In this document: piece after piece, positions 51,109 to 59,905 of the stretch
Position numbering within the stretch: position 1 is the stretch's first letter
How the letters are laid out: each line of letters opens with the position of its first letter
Assembly (NCBI GenBank): GCA_041661405.1
Contig: JBAZUL010000001.1
Span: 28,403 to 92,402 of the forward strand
Direction of reading: 5' to 3'
Length of the DNA stretch: 64,000 nucleotides
Origin: Patescibacteria group bacterium
GTDB taxonomy: Bacteria; Patescibacteriota; Patescibacteriia; Patescibacteriales; JBAZCA01
Translations under genes and position numbers: made by a program
Notes under the pieces: generated by a model
Databases searched by the model: none
What the model saw: the letters and a program-made list of their open reading frames with translations, nothing else
Told to the model about the DNA's origin: nothing

Positions 51109-51910
51109 CAATTTGAATAATCTCGTTTATCCTTTTTATACTTTTTGCTTTGCCGGTCTTTTCGTCTATCCCGACAACCGCTCCGCTTAAAATGGCTTTT
51201 CCTTTTTCCGGAATCACATGGCTTCTTTTTATCTGGTCAAGATAGGTTTTTAAGATATCTTCCTTTTCCACTCCGAGCGACCCCCCGCTAAAACCGGTCA
51301 TGCCGACGTCGGTCAGGTAGGCGGTCCCGGCCGAGGTGATTTCTTCGTCCGCGGTTTGGATATGGGTATGGGTGCCGAGAAGGGCGCTGGCTTTTCCGTC
51401 AACGTAATATTTCATCGCCACCTTTTCCGAAGTGGTCTCGGCATGCATATCAATAATAATAGCAGATAACTTTTTTGTCCGCAAGCTAGCATTAGCAAAA
51501 ATCCCGTCAATTTCCCGGAAAGGGCAGTCAAAATCTTTTTTCATGAAAACCCGGCCGATCAGGCTGATAAGAAGCACCCTGAATTTACCTTTTTCAATAA
51601 TCGCGCAGCCCCGGCCCGGCGCCAAAGGCGGCCAGTTAGCCGGACGGAGAATCGGAAGACTGCCGGCGTAGACTTCTTCAATACCCTTTAACCGGTCAAA
51701 AGCATGGTCGCCTCCGGTAAAATAATCAACGCCGGCGGCATTAAGCTCTTCCAGGGTTTTTTTTGAAACGCCTTTGCCGTGGGCGACATTATCGGCGTTG
51801 GCGATTACAATATCGGCTTTATATCGCTTTTTTATTTTCGGCAACAAAATCTTTACAGCTTCGCGGCCGATTTTCCCGCTTATGTCGCCGATAAAAAGTA
51901 TGTTTAACAT
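51104..51910 (-). CDS. ymdB: YmdB-like metallophosphoesterase (2',3'-cyclic-nucleotide phosphodiesterase family)
   Basis: 268 aa. LFIGDISGKIGREAV, NADNVAHGKG, GGDH and HAETTSEK motifs. Located downstream of rny as in Firmicutes. Confidence 0.85.
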   Translation of the reverse strand: MLNILFIGDISGKIGREAVKILLPKIKKRYKADIVIANADNVAHGKGVSKKTLEELNAAGVDYFTGGDHAFDRLKGIEEVYAGSLPILRPANWPPLAPGRGCAIIEKGKFRVLLISLIGRVFMKKDFDCPFREIDGIFANASLRTKKLSAIIIDMHAETTSEKVAMKYYVDGKASALLGTHTHIQTADEEITSAGTAYLTDVGMTGFSGGSLGVEKEDILKTYLDQIKRSHVIPEKGKAILSGAVVGIDEKTGKAKSIKRINEIIQIE

Positions 51911-52038
51911 AATAAAAGTTATAAAGTTAAAAGTCCATAAAGTAATAGTAAAACCTAATAACTATTACTTTAATTTTCCGCCAGATTAAACGGATTCAAT
52001 CGTTCGGGTGATTAGCTTTCAACTTTATACTATTTTGT

Positions 52039-53553
52039 CTATCTCGCGTATTCAATCACCCGCATTTCCCGGATGACGTTTACTTTAATTTCTCCCGGGT
52101 ATTTCAGCTCTTCTTCAATTTTTCTAGCGACATTTCGGGCCAGATTGTAAGCTTCAACGTCATTAACGGTTTCTGGGGTAACAAAGATGCGGACTTCACG
52201 GCCGGCCTGGATAGCGTAAACTTTTTCCACGCCGGGAAATGAAGAAGCGATCCGTTCCAGTTCCTCAAGCCTCTGTAAATACCGCTCGTAAGTATCGCTC
52301 CGGGCGCCCGGGCGGCTCGCTGAAATCGCGTCTGCTACCTTTACGATTACGGCGATCAGTCCTTTTGGCCGGTCGTCGTGGTGGGTTTCAATCGGATCAA
52401 TTAATTCCTGGGGCAGGTTGAATTTTCTCGCGATGTCGCGGCCGATTTCCGGATGAGTGCCTTTAACTTCATGATCCACGGCCTTGCCGATATCATGCAA
52501 AAGTCCGCTCTTTTTAGCGAGCGTCACGTCCGCTCCCAATTCTTCGGCAAGTAAAGCGGCTAAGTGCGCCACTTCAACCGAATGGTGCAGGGCGTTTTGC
52601 CCGTAGCTGGTCCGATATTTTAGCCGCCCGAGGATCTGAGTCAGTTTCGGATCCAGTCCGGCTACGCCGACATCAAACATAGCCGCTTCACCGGCCTTTT
52701 TAATGTCAATGGACAGCTCTCTTTTTGATTCTTCAATCGCGTCTTCAATCTTGGTCGGATGGATCCGGCCGTCCAGGATAAGTTTATCCAAAGTTTTTTT
52801 GGCAATGTGCCTCCTGATCGGGGAAAACCCGGAAATAGTTATGGCGTTCGGCGTGTCATCAACGATGATTTCGGTGCCGGTGAGCTTCTCAATGGTTTTT
52901 ATATTCCTGCCTTCGCGGCCGATAATCCGGCCTTTCATTTCGTCGCTCGGCAGATCAACGACCGTAGTCGTTACCTCCGGAGTATAGGTGGAAACGAGCC
53001 TCTGCATGCTCTCGGCCATCAGATTCCTTGCCCGCTCTTCCCAAACTTCAGTGGACTCGCATTCCAGCTTATGGATGCGGACCATCAAGTCTTCCCGGGT
53101 TTGTTCTTCAACTTTTTTAAAAAGTTCTTCCTTGGCCGCGTCTTTGTCCATGCCGGCGATTTCCTCAAGTTTTTTTACCTGCTCGGCCTTGATTTCGCCG
53201 ACTTTAGCTTTGATTTCCTCTACCCGGCTCACTTTGTCATAAAGAGACTGTTGTTTTTCCTGTAATTCCAAAAGTTTTTGGGAAAAAACATTTTCCCGTT
53301 TTTCCAGCCGCACCTGCACGCCCTTGATTTCCTGGCGGCGGCGTTCTTCGTCCCTTTTGGCGTCTTCAATGATTTTTAAAGCTTTGTCCTGGGCTTTTAA
53401 AAGCACTTCAGTGTGCTTTGATTTGGCTTCATTTAAAATTTTCTCGGCCTTATCTTCTGCTCCTTTAACCCGCCTGGCGGTCTGCCTTTTATTCGCGAAA
53501 AAACCCGCGAAAAAGCCGGCCACTGCCAGTATCGCCGCTATCAAATATTCCAT
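52039..53553 (-). CDS. rny: Ribonuclease Y
   Basis: 504 aa. N-terminal TM helix, coiled coil, KH domain (GRIIGREGRNI) and HD domain (LLHDIGKA). Confidence 0.95.
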   Translation of the reverse strand: MEYLIAAILAVAGFFAGFFANKRQTARRVKGAEDKAEKILNEAKSKHTEVLLKAQDKALKIIEDAKRDEERRRQEIKGVQVRLEKRENVFSQKLLELQEKQQSLYDKVSRVEEIKAKVGEIKAEQVKKLEEIAGMDKDAAKEELFKKVEEQTREDLMVRIHKLECESTEVWEERARNLMAESMQRLVSTYTPEVTTTVVDLPSDEMKGRIIGREGRNIKTIEKLTGTEIIVDDTPNAITISGFSPIRRHIAKKTLDKLILDGRIHPTKIEDAIEESKRELSIDIKKAGEAAMFDVGVAGLDPKLTQILGRLKYRTSYGQNALHHSVEVAHLAALLAEELGADVTLAKKSGLLHDIGKAVDHEVKGTHPEIGRDIARKFNLPQELIDPIETHHDDRPKGLIAVIVKVADAISASRPGARSDTYERYLQRLEELERIASSFPGVEKVYAIQAGREVRIFVTPETVNDVEAYNLARNVARKIEEELKYPGEIKVNVIREMRVIEYAR

Positions 53554-53573
53554 AGGATCTTAATTCTGTTTTA

Positions 53574-53751
53574 AGAAGCTGTTTAAATAACTATTTCGTC
53601 GCGAGGCTTTTCCGCTTTGAGCGAGACGAGAAAGACGAGCAAAATAATACGAATCGTAGCCTGAGCTACGGTGAGTATTATTTTGCGAAGTCTGACGAAG
53701 TCGCAGCCGAAGCAGAAAAGCCGCAGCAGAAAAAGTTTTTAAACAGCTTCT
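53574..53751. repeat. Rod-like imperfect inverted repeat of about 180 nt directly upstream of the rny start
   Basis: Paired blocks are 53574-53587/53738-53751, 53605-53612/53715-53722 (GGCTTTTC/GAAAAGCC), 53639-53650/53675-53686 (12 bp), and an apical CGTAGC-ctga-GCTACG. A large, partly paired internal loop sits in between. Confidence 0.7.
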
Positions 53752-54061
53752 AAGAGGTTTTATTTTCCTTGAAACGCGGTTCGCGGAAAAATCCGGTTTA
53801 TAGGGAGAAAGTTTTGAGAATTATTCCGGCCAAATTAAAATCGGGCTAATTTTCATTGCCTTTTTTAAAGAGTGGCGGGCTAAAAACAGTTTGGGGGTTC
53901 AATTCCGCCCCGTTTTTAACCGTAAAATCGTTTTTTTTGCCAGCCGAATTACTAAAAACTACGCTGATATTCTCAAAAAAATTCATAGCATTTCCGAAAA
54001 ATTCCTCTAATAACAGACATTTTATTAATTACTGTATTTAAGCTACCATATCGCCCCGGTT

Positions 54062-54117
54062 TTGACAAGTAATTTGCATGTGAGCAAATTATCCCGCAGC
54101 CGCAGGCGTGCGGGATC
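54062..54117 (+). repeat. Promoter-associated structured repeat, type 1, copy R6
   Basis: TTGACAAGTAATTTGCATGTGAGCAAATTATCCCGCAGCCgcaGGCGTGCGGGATCC. Confidence 0.6.
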
Positions 54118-54123
54118 CATTCT

Positions 54124-54194
54124 GGTGAGCAAATTATCCCGAATCCCGCATTTGCGGGGGAAAAATCTCTCGCTCGCGCGCTCGGCGTTTGACT
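54124..54194 (+). repeat. Type 1 repeat copy R7 carrying the opposite terminus
   Basis: GGTGAGCAAATTATCCCGAATCCCGCAtttGCGGGGGAAAAATCTCTCGCTCGCGCGCTCGGCGTTTGACT. The right terminus is the -35 of the infB promoter. Confidence 0.65.
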
Positions 54195-54217
54195 TACCCC
54201 TGAATTTCCCGTAAACT
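54189..54217 (+). promoter_or_regulatory. Predicted promoter of infB
   Basis: TTGACT - 17 nt - TAAACT. Confidence 0.55.
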
Positions 54218-54230
54218 TAAAGAAAATTTC

Positions 54231-54306
54231 CTAGCGAACAGCGTATAGCTTTTAGCGTTTAGCATTTTGACTAGCTTTATTCTGAATGCTGAACGCTAAA
54301 CCCTAA
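54231..54306. repeat. Heptad-built hairpin in the infB 5' leader
   Basis: tagcgaa cagcgta tagcttt tagcgtt tagcatt (loop) tctgaat gctgaac gctaaac. Confidence 0.75.
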
Positions 54307-54318
54307 CTTTTTAAAATC

Positions 54319-56283
54319 ATGAACATATCCGAATTAGCCAGACGCCTCCGGATTAATCCGGTTGAACTCAGGGAAAAATTGCCGCAACTCGGTTTTGATA
54401 TTGGCCAAAAAGCCATAAAAATTGACGATCGAGCGGCAGCTAAAATTATCCAATCCTGGCCGTCGCTTTTAAGGCGGCTCCGGGAGAACGCGAGCGTGTC
54501 GGGCGAACAGCAGAATCAGGCGCAAAAAGAGGAAAAGAAAAAGCTTAAATTACCCGGCCATATTACGGTTCGCGATTTTGCCGAACTGGCCGGACTTCCC
54601 GTCAGCCGGGTGCTTGCCCAGCTCATGAAAAGCGGAATTTTCATCTCTCTAAACGAGGAAATAGATTTTGACACCGCCGCCATAATCGGCGCCGATCTCG
54701 GGCTAGAAATAGAAAAAGGCGCTGAAGAAAAAAGTGAAACCATAAATGAAAAAGTTTCGGTTGAAGATGTCGTAAAGCTGGAATCGGCCGAGAACTTAAA
54801 ACCCCGGCCGCCGGTAATCGTCGTCATGGGCCATGTTGATCACGGAAAAACCAAACTTTTGGACGCTATCCGCCGAACCAACGTCGTGGACAAAGAAGCC
54901 GGAGGCATTACCCAGCATATCGGCGCTTATCAGGTTGAACGCCGCGATCGCCTGATTACTTTTATTGATACTCCCGGGCATGAAGCTTTTACCGCCATGC
55001 GGAGCCGGGGCGCTAAAGTCGCCGATATCGCTATTCTGGTGGTAGCGGCCGACGATGGCGTTATGCCGCAAACGACCGAAGCTTTTCAAATCATCAAAGC
55101 CGCCGGAACGCCTTTTGTCGTGGCGATTAACAAAATTGACAAACCTGACGCCGACATCAATAAAACCAAGCAGGAGCTTTCAACTAAATTAAATATCACT
55201 CCCGAGGACTGGGGAGGAAAAACCGTAACCGTTCCGGTCTCAGCCAAAGACGGAACCGGAATTGAAGAACTCCTGGATATTATCCTTTTAACCGCCGACC
55301 TGGACGCGGAAAAAATAAAATCCAATCCCGACGCTCCGGCTCTGGGCACGATCATTGAATCCCACATTGACAAAGGCGAAGGTCCGGTGGCGACGATCCT
55401 GATCCAAAACGGAACTTTGAAAATCGGCGGCTCTTTAACACGGGACGGCATCATGTTCGGCAAAGTCCGAGCCTTAAAAAATTATCTCGGCGAAACGGTG
55501 AGCGCGGCCGCGCCTTCCACGCCAGTAAAAATCATCGGCTTGAAAATCGCTCCCGAAGTCGGGGATGTTTTAACCGTAGGCGAAGGCCGGCGGGTGGACA
55601 TGCGAAATTTAAGGACGCCAAAACGCGCCCGGATAGAAAAAGAAAAAACGGGTGAAGGGGCCGAAGCTCAAAAAACAATCAACATAATCATCAAGAGCGA
55701 CGTATTGGGGTCGGCCGAAGCCATTGACGAGTCGCTGGAAAAAATCTCAAATCCCGAAGTAAAAATAGTTACTATTACCAAAGGACTCGGCAACATATCC
55801 GAATCCGACATAACGCGGGCATCGGCGACTAACGCCCAAATTATCGGCTTTAACGTAAAAATTTCGTCCGGGCTGGAAGAGCTGGCGCGGACGAAAAAAG
55901 TCAAAATCACGATCTACAGCATTATTTACAACCTGATTAACGACGTAAAACAGCAGATGGAAGATCTCTTTGAACCAATAATCAAGCGGACTGACCTCGG
56001 AAAATTAAAAGTCCTCGCTTCCTTTAAAATTGAAAAAACTTATCAGGTAATCGGCGGAAAAGTCCTTGCCGGAAAAATTGAAAAGAACTCGCTGATTGAG
56101 GTGATTCGCGGCGATGAAATAAAAATCCGGGGAAAACTCGCGAGTTTGCAGATCCAGAAGCAGGAAGTGCCGGATTGCTCCGAAGGCCAAGAATGCGGAA
56201 TTAAATTTGAAGGCGAGCCAATAATTGAAGCCGGGGATATCCTCCAATTTTACAAAGAAGAAAAAATCAAGAAGAAATTTTAA
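54319..56283 (+). CDS. infB: Translation initiation factor IF-2
   Basis: 654 aa. [20 protein letters not shown] and NKID GTPase motifs, plus IF-2 C-terminal domains. Confidence 0.97.
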   Translation: MNISELARRLRINPVELREKLPQLGFDIGQKAIKIDDRAAAKIIQSWPSLLRRLRENASVSGEQQNQAQKEEKKKLKLPGHITVRDFAELAGLPVSRVLAQLMKSGIFISLNEEIDFDTAAIIGADLGLEIEKGAEEKSETINEKVSVEDVVKLESAENLKPRPPVIVVMGHVDHGKTKLLDAIRRTNVVDKEAGGITQHIGAYQVERRDRLITFIDTPGHEAFTAMRSRGAKVADIAILVVAADDGVMPQTTEAFQIIKAAGTPFVVAINKIDKPDADINKTKQELSTKLNITPEDWGGKTVTVPVSAKDGTGIEELLDIILLTADLDAEKIKSNPDAPALGTIIESHIDKGEGPVATILIQNGTLKIGGSLTRDGIMFGKVRALKNYLGETVSAAAPSTPVKIIGLKIAPEVGDVLTVGEGRRVDMRNLRTPKRARIEKEKTGEGAEAQKTINIIIKSDVLGSAEAIDESLEKISNPEVKIVTITKGLGNISESDITRASATNAQIIGFNVKISSGLEELARTKKVKITIYSIIYNLINDVKQQMEDLFEPIIKRTDLGKLKVLASFKIEKTYQVIGGKVLAGKIEKNSLIEVIRGDEIKIRGKLASLQIQKQEVPDCSEGQECGIKFEGEPIIEAGDILQFYKEEKIKKKF

Positions 56284-56315
56284 CCGCGGGTAAAACCTCC
56301 ATAGCGTAAAACACA

Positions 56316-56346
56316 CCGCCCCGCATTTTGCGAGGCGTTTTTTTTC
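56316..56346. terminator. Bidirectional terminator between infB and the MFS gene
   Basis: CGCCCCGCA-tttt-GCGAGGCG followed by TTTTTTTT. Confidence 0.7.
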
Positions 56347-56357
56347 TGATTTCCGTT

Positions 56358-57536
56358 TCAGTCTCTCGCCTTCCTTAACGCCAGACTAAACAAAACCAGG
56401 GAGCTTACTCCGACTATGGTTCCGAATAAAAAAGTCGCCCCAGGATTGATCCGAGCCCAAAGTCCTCCGGCGATTAATCCGGCCGGCAGAGCCGCCAGCC
56501 CGGTAAAAGCGTGAAATGTCCCGAGCGCTGTTCCTTTCAATTCCGCCGGTGAAAGGTCGGAAACAAAAGCCCTTTGCGCGCCGTCAACCAGCGCGAAGAA
56601 TATTCCGAAGAGAATAAATGAAATTATCGTATAGGCCATTCCGGAAAAAAGATACAGCCCGAATGACAGCACGCTAAACATCGCGTAGCCTGTTAAAATA
56701 ATTGGTTTTCTTCCGAACTTGTCCGAGAGCGATCCGGCTTTCATTGAAAAAAGCGTATAAACCAGGTAAAACATGGCGTAAAGCATGATTACTTTTTCAT
56801 TGTCCAGTCCGCCGTCTTTCGCCCGGAGCATTAAAAACGCGTAATTGTAATTTCCCAAAGTAAAAATCGTGGAGATTAAAATGAATAATTTTAATTCTTT
56901 GGTAAGCCCGCCAAACCCGATTTTCAGAGAAATTTTTTTCTTTGCGGATTCATGCCGTTCCGGCTCGCGGACAAAGGAAATTATTGCCACGGAAATTATT
57001 CCCGGGATAATGGCCAGCTTGAATAAATCTATAAAACCGAAAAGCGGCAGGAGAAGAAACGCGAGCGCCGCTCCGCCGACCGACCCGAGCCCGTCCATGG
57101 CCCGGTGAAAACCGTAGGCCTTGCCTAGGTTCGCTTGGTCGTTTGATTCGGCGATAATCGCGTCCCGCGGCGCGTCCCGCAAACCCTTTCCCACCCGGTC
57201 GGCGATTCTTATGCCCAGTACGGCAAACCAGGATCCGGCGTAAGCCAAAACCGGTTTCATCGCCGCCGACAGGCTGTAGCCGAAAAAGACGAAGGGTTTG
57301 CGTCTTTTTATTTTATCCGACCAATAGCCGGAAACCACCTTTAAGAGCGAAGCGGTCGCTTCGGCCGCGCCCTCAATCAACCCAACCGCGATCGCCCCGC
57401 CGCCGAGCACCGATGTAATGTACAAAGGTAGGAGCGGAAAAACCATCTGCCCGCTTAAGTCAGTCAAAAGGCTCACCACTCCGAGGATTATTACGTTCCG
57501 CGAAATTCCGGAAAATATTTTCTTAAAAGTATTCAT
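56358..57536 (-). CDS. MFS transporter
   Basis: 392 aa, ~12 TM segments. DKIKRRKP and DKFGRKP loop motifs (the MFS D-R/K-x-G-R-R/K type). Confidence 0.85.
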   Translation of the reverse strand: MNTFKKIFSGISRNVIILGVVSLLTDLSGQMVFPLLPLYITSVLGGGAIAVGLIEGAAEATASLLKVVSGYWSDKIKRRKPFVFFGYSLSAAMKPVLAYAGSWFAVLGIRIADRVGKGLRDAPRDAIIAESNDQANLGKAYGFHRAMDGLGSVGGAALAFLLLPLFGFIDLFKLAIIPGIISVAIISFVREPERHESAKKKISLKIGFGGLTKELKLFILISTIFTLGNYNYAFLMLRAKDGGLDNEKVIMLYAMFYLVYTLFSMKAGSLSDKFGRKPIILTGYAMFSVLSFGLYLFSGMAYTIISFILFGIFFALVDGAQRAFVSDLSPAELKGTALGTFHAFTGLAALPAGLIAGGLWARINPGATFLFGTIVGVSSLVLFSLALRKARD

Positions 57537-57604
57537 ACCGGCTGATTTTTACGTCTCATCATTAAACTTCCATTAAAATAACCGAAACCAGTGCCTAAAG
57601 CAAA

Positions 57605-57635
57605 TGAAAAAACCGCCGGAAAGGCGGTTTTTTTG
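57605..57635. terminator. Bidirectional terminator downstream of the tRNA-Leu/tRNA-Val unit
   Basis: AACCGCC-ggaaa-GGCGGTT, flanked by A and T runs. Confidence 0.8.
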
Positions 57636-57709
57636 TGGACAATGTAGGACTCGAACCTACAACCCCCTCGGTGTAAACGAGGTGCTCTAGCCAATTGAGC
57701 TAATTGTCC
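57636..57709 (-). tRNA. tRNA-Val (anticodon UAC)
   Basis: GGACAAT TA GCTC AATTGGCTA GAGC A CCTCG TTTACAC CGAGG GGGTT GTAGG TTCGAGT CCTAC ATTGTCC A. 74 nt. Confidence 0.9.
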
Positions 57710-57757
57710 CTTCCTGTGGGCTAGACCCTGCAAATGCGGGGAACCTCCACCTTCCTG
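57710..57757 (-). pseudogene. Partial duplicate of the tRNA-Leu 3' end with a GC hairpin replacing T loop/stem sequence
   Basis: The minus strand reads GTGGAGGTTC-CCCGCATTTGCAGGG-TCTAGCCCACAGGAAGG. The real tRNA-Leu end reads GTGGAGGTTCGAGTCCTCTCTCGCCCACAGGAAGG. Confidence 0.55.
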
Positions 57758-57841
57758 TGGGCGAGAGAGGACTCGAACCTCCACGGCGGTTAAGCCACAA
57801 GCCCCTCAAGCTTGCGTGTCTACCGGTTTCACCACTCGCCC
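57758..57841 (-). tRNA. tRNA-Leu (anticodon GAG), long variable arm
   Basis: GGGCGAG TG GTG AAACCGGTAGA CAC G CAAGC TTGAGGG GCTTG TGGCTTAACCGCCGT GGAGG TTCGAGT CCTCT CTCGCCC A. 84 nt. Confidence 0.85.
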
Positions 57842-57923
57842 CTGTTAGTCCTAACACGCGCACTAGCGCGACTTAATGTCCGCGTTTTTTAAGAGTCCCG
57901 AATGCTGGCGCGCGAAGGCCGGT

Positions 57924-58289
57924 TTATTTAGCGACCTTTTTCTCTTTGAGCTTTTTCTTGTAACCGCGATTTAAAAAATATAATTTTGCCCGGTTGACGT
58001 TTGCCTGTCTTTTTACTTCAACTTTGGTAATAGTCGGGAGATTAACCGGAAAAATTTTTTCCACCTGCACGCCATCGGAAACTTTCCGGATAGTTACGGT
58101 ACCGCCGGCTTCCTTTTTGCGGCGGCAGGCGATTACCAGTCCTTCAAAATACTGGACCCTTTCTTTTTCCTCGCCTTTGATCGAGAGTTCTTTGATCTTT
58201 TGGTGCACGCGAACGGTCATGCCCGGCGCTAAATCTTTTAAGCCAACGTTTTTCTTGGCGGCCGCTGAAGCGGTTTTTACTGTTGTCAT
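57924..58289 (-). CDS. rplS: 50S ribosomal protein L19
   Basis: 121 aa. PGMTVRVHQKIKE...ERVQYFEGLVIA...GTVTIRK...GVQVEKIFPVNLP. Confidence 0.95.
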   Translation of the reverse strand: MTTVKTASAAAKKNVGLKDLAPGMTVRVHQKIKELSIKGEEKERVQYFEGLVIACRRKKEAGGTVTIRKVSDGVQVEKIFPVNLPTITKVEVKRQANVNRAKLYFLNRGYKKKLKEKKVAK

Positions 58290-58399
58290 AATGGGTTTAT
58301 CAACTAAACAATTAAATTTATCGGTTAATCAAAAATAATCCCGTCCCGCCCGCGCGAACTGGCGCGCAGCCGCGAAACCGGATATTTAAAACTAGCTTG

Positions 58400-58427
58400 A
58401 TTATACTGCTTTTTGGGAATTAGTCAA
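58400..58427 (-). promoter_or_regulatory. Predicted promoter of rplS
   Basis: The minus strand reads TTGACT - 16 nt - TATAAT. The ~100-nt leader contains a GC-rich hairpin. Confidence 0.55.
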
Positions 58428-58648
58428 CCGGTGGATCGTTTTTTTGCCCAAAAATTGCTTAATTACCCGCTAAAATTATTCTGCGGGCTAAAGAGCCGTT
58501 TACCGGGGGCGGGCGGGCTTGATTTTAGCCGGCTATCATGTTATCATTGGAATGATTAATCAAAGAATAATTATTAATTCTTTCCTTTTCTTGGTTTTCA
58601 GGGTTGTTTATAAAAAAGCGCCCATTTCTGGGAAAACGGAAAATCACT

Positions 58649-59038
58649 ATGCTAGACCGAGACACTAAACAGAAAGTTATTAATAAATTTAAGGTCCATG
58701 CCACCGATACAGGGTCTTCCCAGGTCCAAATTGCCATTTTGACCGAAGAAATTAAAAGGCTCACTGACCATCTAAAATCCCACAAACATGACCATTCCTC
58801 GCGCCGGGGACTTTTAAAAAAAGTTAGTGAAAGGCGGAAACTCTTAAAATTCTTGCAAAAAGAAAGCCAAGAAGCGTTTAATGAGCTGGCTAAAAAACTG
58901 AAATTGAAAATCGCCAAAAAAATGATTGAAGACGAAGAAGAGGAAAGAAGGCGGCTGGAAGAAGAAATGACGCCGAAAGTTGAGGCCGAAGAAGAAACCG
59001 TTGAGGAAGCCGGCGAAGAAAGTAAAAAAGAAGAGTAA
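58649..59038 (+). CDS. rpsO: 30S ribosomal protein S15 with an acidic C-terminal extension
   Basis: The track ORF starts at 58604. The S15 homology begins at the Met at 58649 (MLDRDTKQKVINKFKVHATDTGSSQVQIAILTEEIKRLTDHLKSHKHDHSSRRGLLKKVSERRKLL). About 45 extra Glu/Lys-rich residues follow the S15 core. Confidence 0.9.
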   Translation: MLDRDTKQKVINKFKVHATDTGSSQVQIAILTEEIKRLTDHLKSHKHDHSSRRGLLKKVSERRKLLKFLQKESQEAFNELAKKLKLKIAKKMIEDEEEERRRLEEEMTPKVEAEEETVEEAGEESKKEE

Positions 59039-59131
59039 ACTCAATACAAAGATAATCATTCGCGGCATTCGCATGCATTCGCGCATTGGCATTATTTTTA
59101 CACTAACAATAAATTATCTCTAACCGCATTC

Positions 59132-59650
59132 ATGAAAAAGCATAAAGAACAACGGGTGGGAATTTTGATTGACGTGGCCAATATGTACCACTCAGCCAAA
59201 AACCTTTATAAAAAACGGGTTAACTTTGAAGAAATCCTGAAAGAAGGGGTGGCCGGAAGAAAATTAATCCGGGCCGTCGCTTACGTGATCCGGGCCGAAA
59301 CCGAGGAGGAAACCCATTTTTTTGAAGCGCTTTCCCAGCAGGGTTTTGAAGTGAAGATGAAAGATCTGCAGATTTTCGCCGGCGGAATAAAAAAAGCCGA
59401 CTGGGACGTCGGCATAGCGATTGACGCGGTAAAGCTCGGCAATAAACTGGATGTCATAGTGCTGGTGTCTGGCGACGGCGACTACGTGCCGCTCGTTAAT
59501 TATCTGCAGAACACGATGGGTTGCGTCGTTGAAGTGATGGCTTTCCGCCAGACCGCTTCATCAAAGCTCATAGAAGAGGCTGACGATTTTATCAACTTAA
59601 GCGAAGACAAAAAGTTTTTACTGTCCCAGGGCAACCGATTTTTCAATTAA
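59132..59650 (+). CDS. NYN (LabA-like) domain protein, putative ribonuclease
   Basis: 172 aa. VGILIDVANMYHSAKN ... DWDVGIAIDA ... LVSGDGDYVPLV matches the acidic residues of the NYN/PIN-like fold. Confidence 0.75.
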   Translation: MKKHKEQRVGILIDVANMYHSAKNLYKKRVNFEEILKEGVAGRKLIRAVAYVIRAETEEETHFFEALSQQGFEVKMKDLQIFAGGIKKADWDVGIAIDAVKLGNKLDVIVLVSGDGDYVPLVNYLQNTMGCVVEVMAFRQTASSKLIEEADDFINLSEDKKFLLSQGNRFFN

Positions 59651-59777
59651 CCCGGGAATTGACTTATTCGCGCTCTTTAAATATTTATCAGCAACTTAAT
59701 TTAACGTTTGGCTGTCAGATACATAGTCTGTGAGATTTACCTCATGGCCTCTAATCTGTCGGCCAGGCATAACCAAA

Positions 59778-59897
59778 GTCATCCTGAATAAAGCGAAGCG
59801 GAATGAAGGATCTCGCGAATAAAGCCGATGCGCGACATTCAAGCCTTATTTATATAGCTCAAAATCCTTCGCTTCACTCCGTTGCGCTCAGGATGAC
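59778..59897. repeat. Terminal-inverted-repeat hairpin element, type 2, copy 2, ending 8 nt before the pnp start codon
   Basis: GTCATCCTGA...TCAGGATGAC termini. It shares GTCATCCTGAA, GGATCTCGC and CTTCACTCC blocks with the copy at 8200-8312. Confidence 0.7.
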
Positions 59898-59905
59898 GCA
59901 AAAAT

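Noticed and set aside
53574-53751. Calling the rod-like hairpin a 6S RNA gene
   Set aside because: Only the generic rod-plus-bubble shape fits. I cannot identify conserved 6S sequence features, the transcribed strand or the ends. It is kept as a hypothesis in the findings, not as an annotated ncRNA.
53856-54041. A 61-aa ORF and a tRNA T-arm-like string (GGGGGTTCAATTCCGCCCC, about 53903-53921) in the long rny-infB spacer
   Set aside because: The ORF has no RBS or motifs. The T-arm-like string has a mismatched stem, and no acceptor, D or anticodon arms can be drawn. At best it is a decayed tRNA remnant.
7892-54194. Interpreting the recurring hairpin repeats as a CRISPR array
   Set aside because: Copies are kilobases apart, differ in length and orientation, and are not separated by regular spacers. 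No cas genes are present.
57533-57784. 83-aa minus-strand ORF
   Set aside because: It is translated across tRNA-Val(UAC), the tRNA-Leu fragment and part of tRNA-Leu, so it is spurious.
58330-58520. GC-rich inverted motif (CCCGTCCCGCCCGCG ... GGGGGCGGGCGGGC) in the rplS/rpsO divergent region as an r-protein leader
   Set aside because: The pairing is imperfect and spans both divergent promoters. I cannot match it to a known L19 or S15 leader from memory, so the evidence is too weak to annotate.
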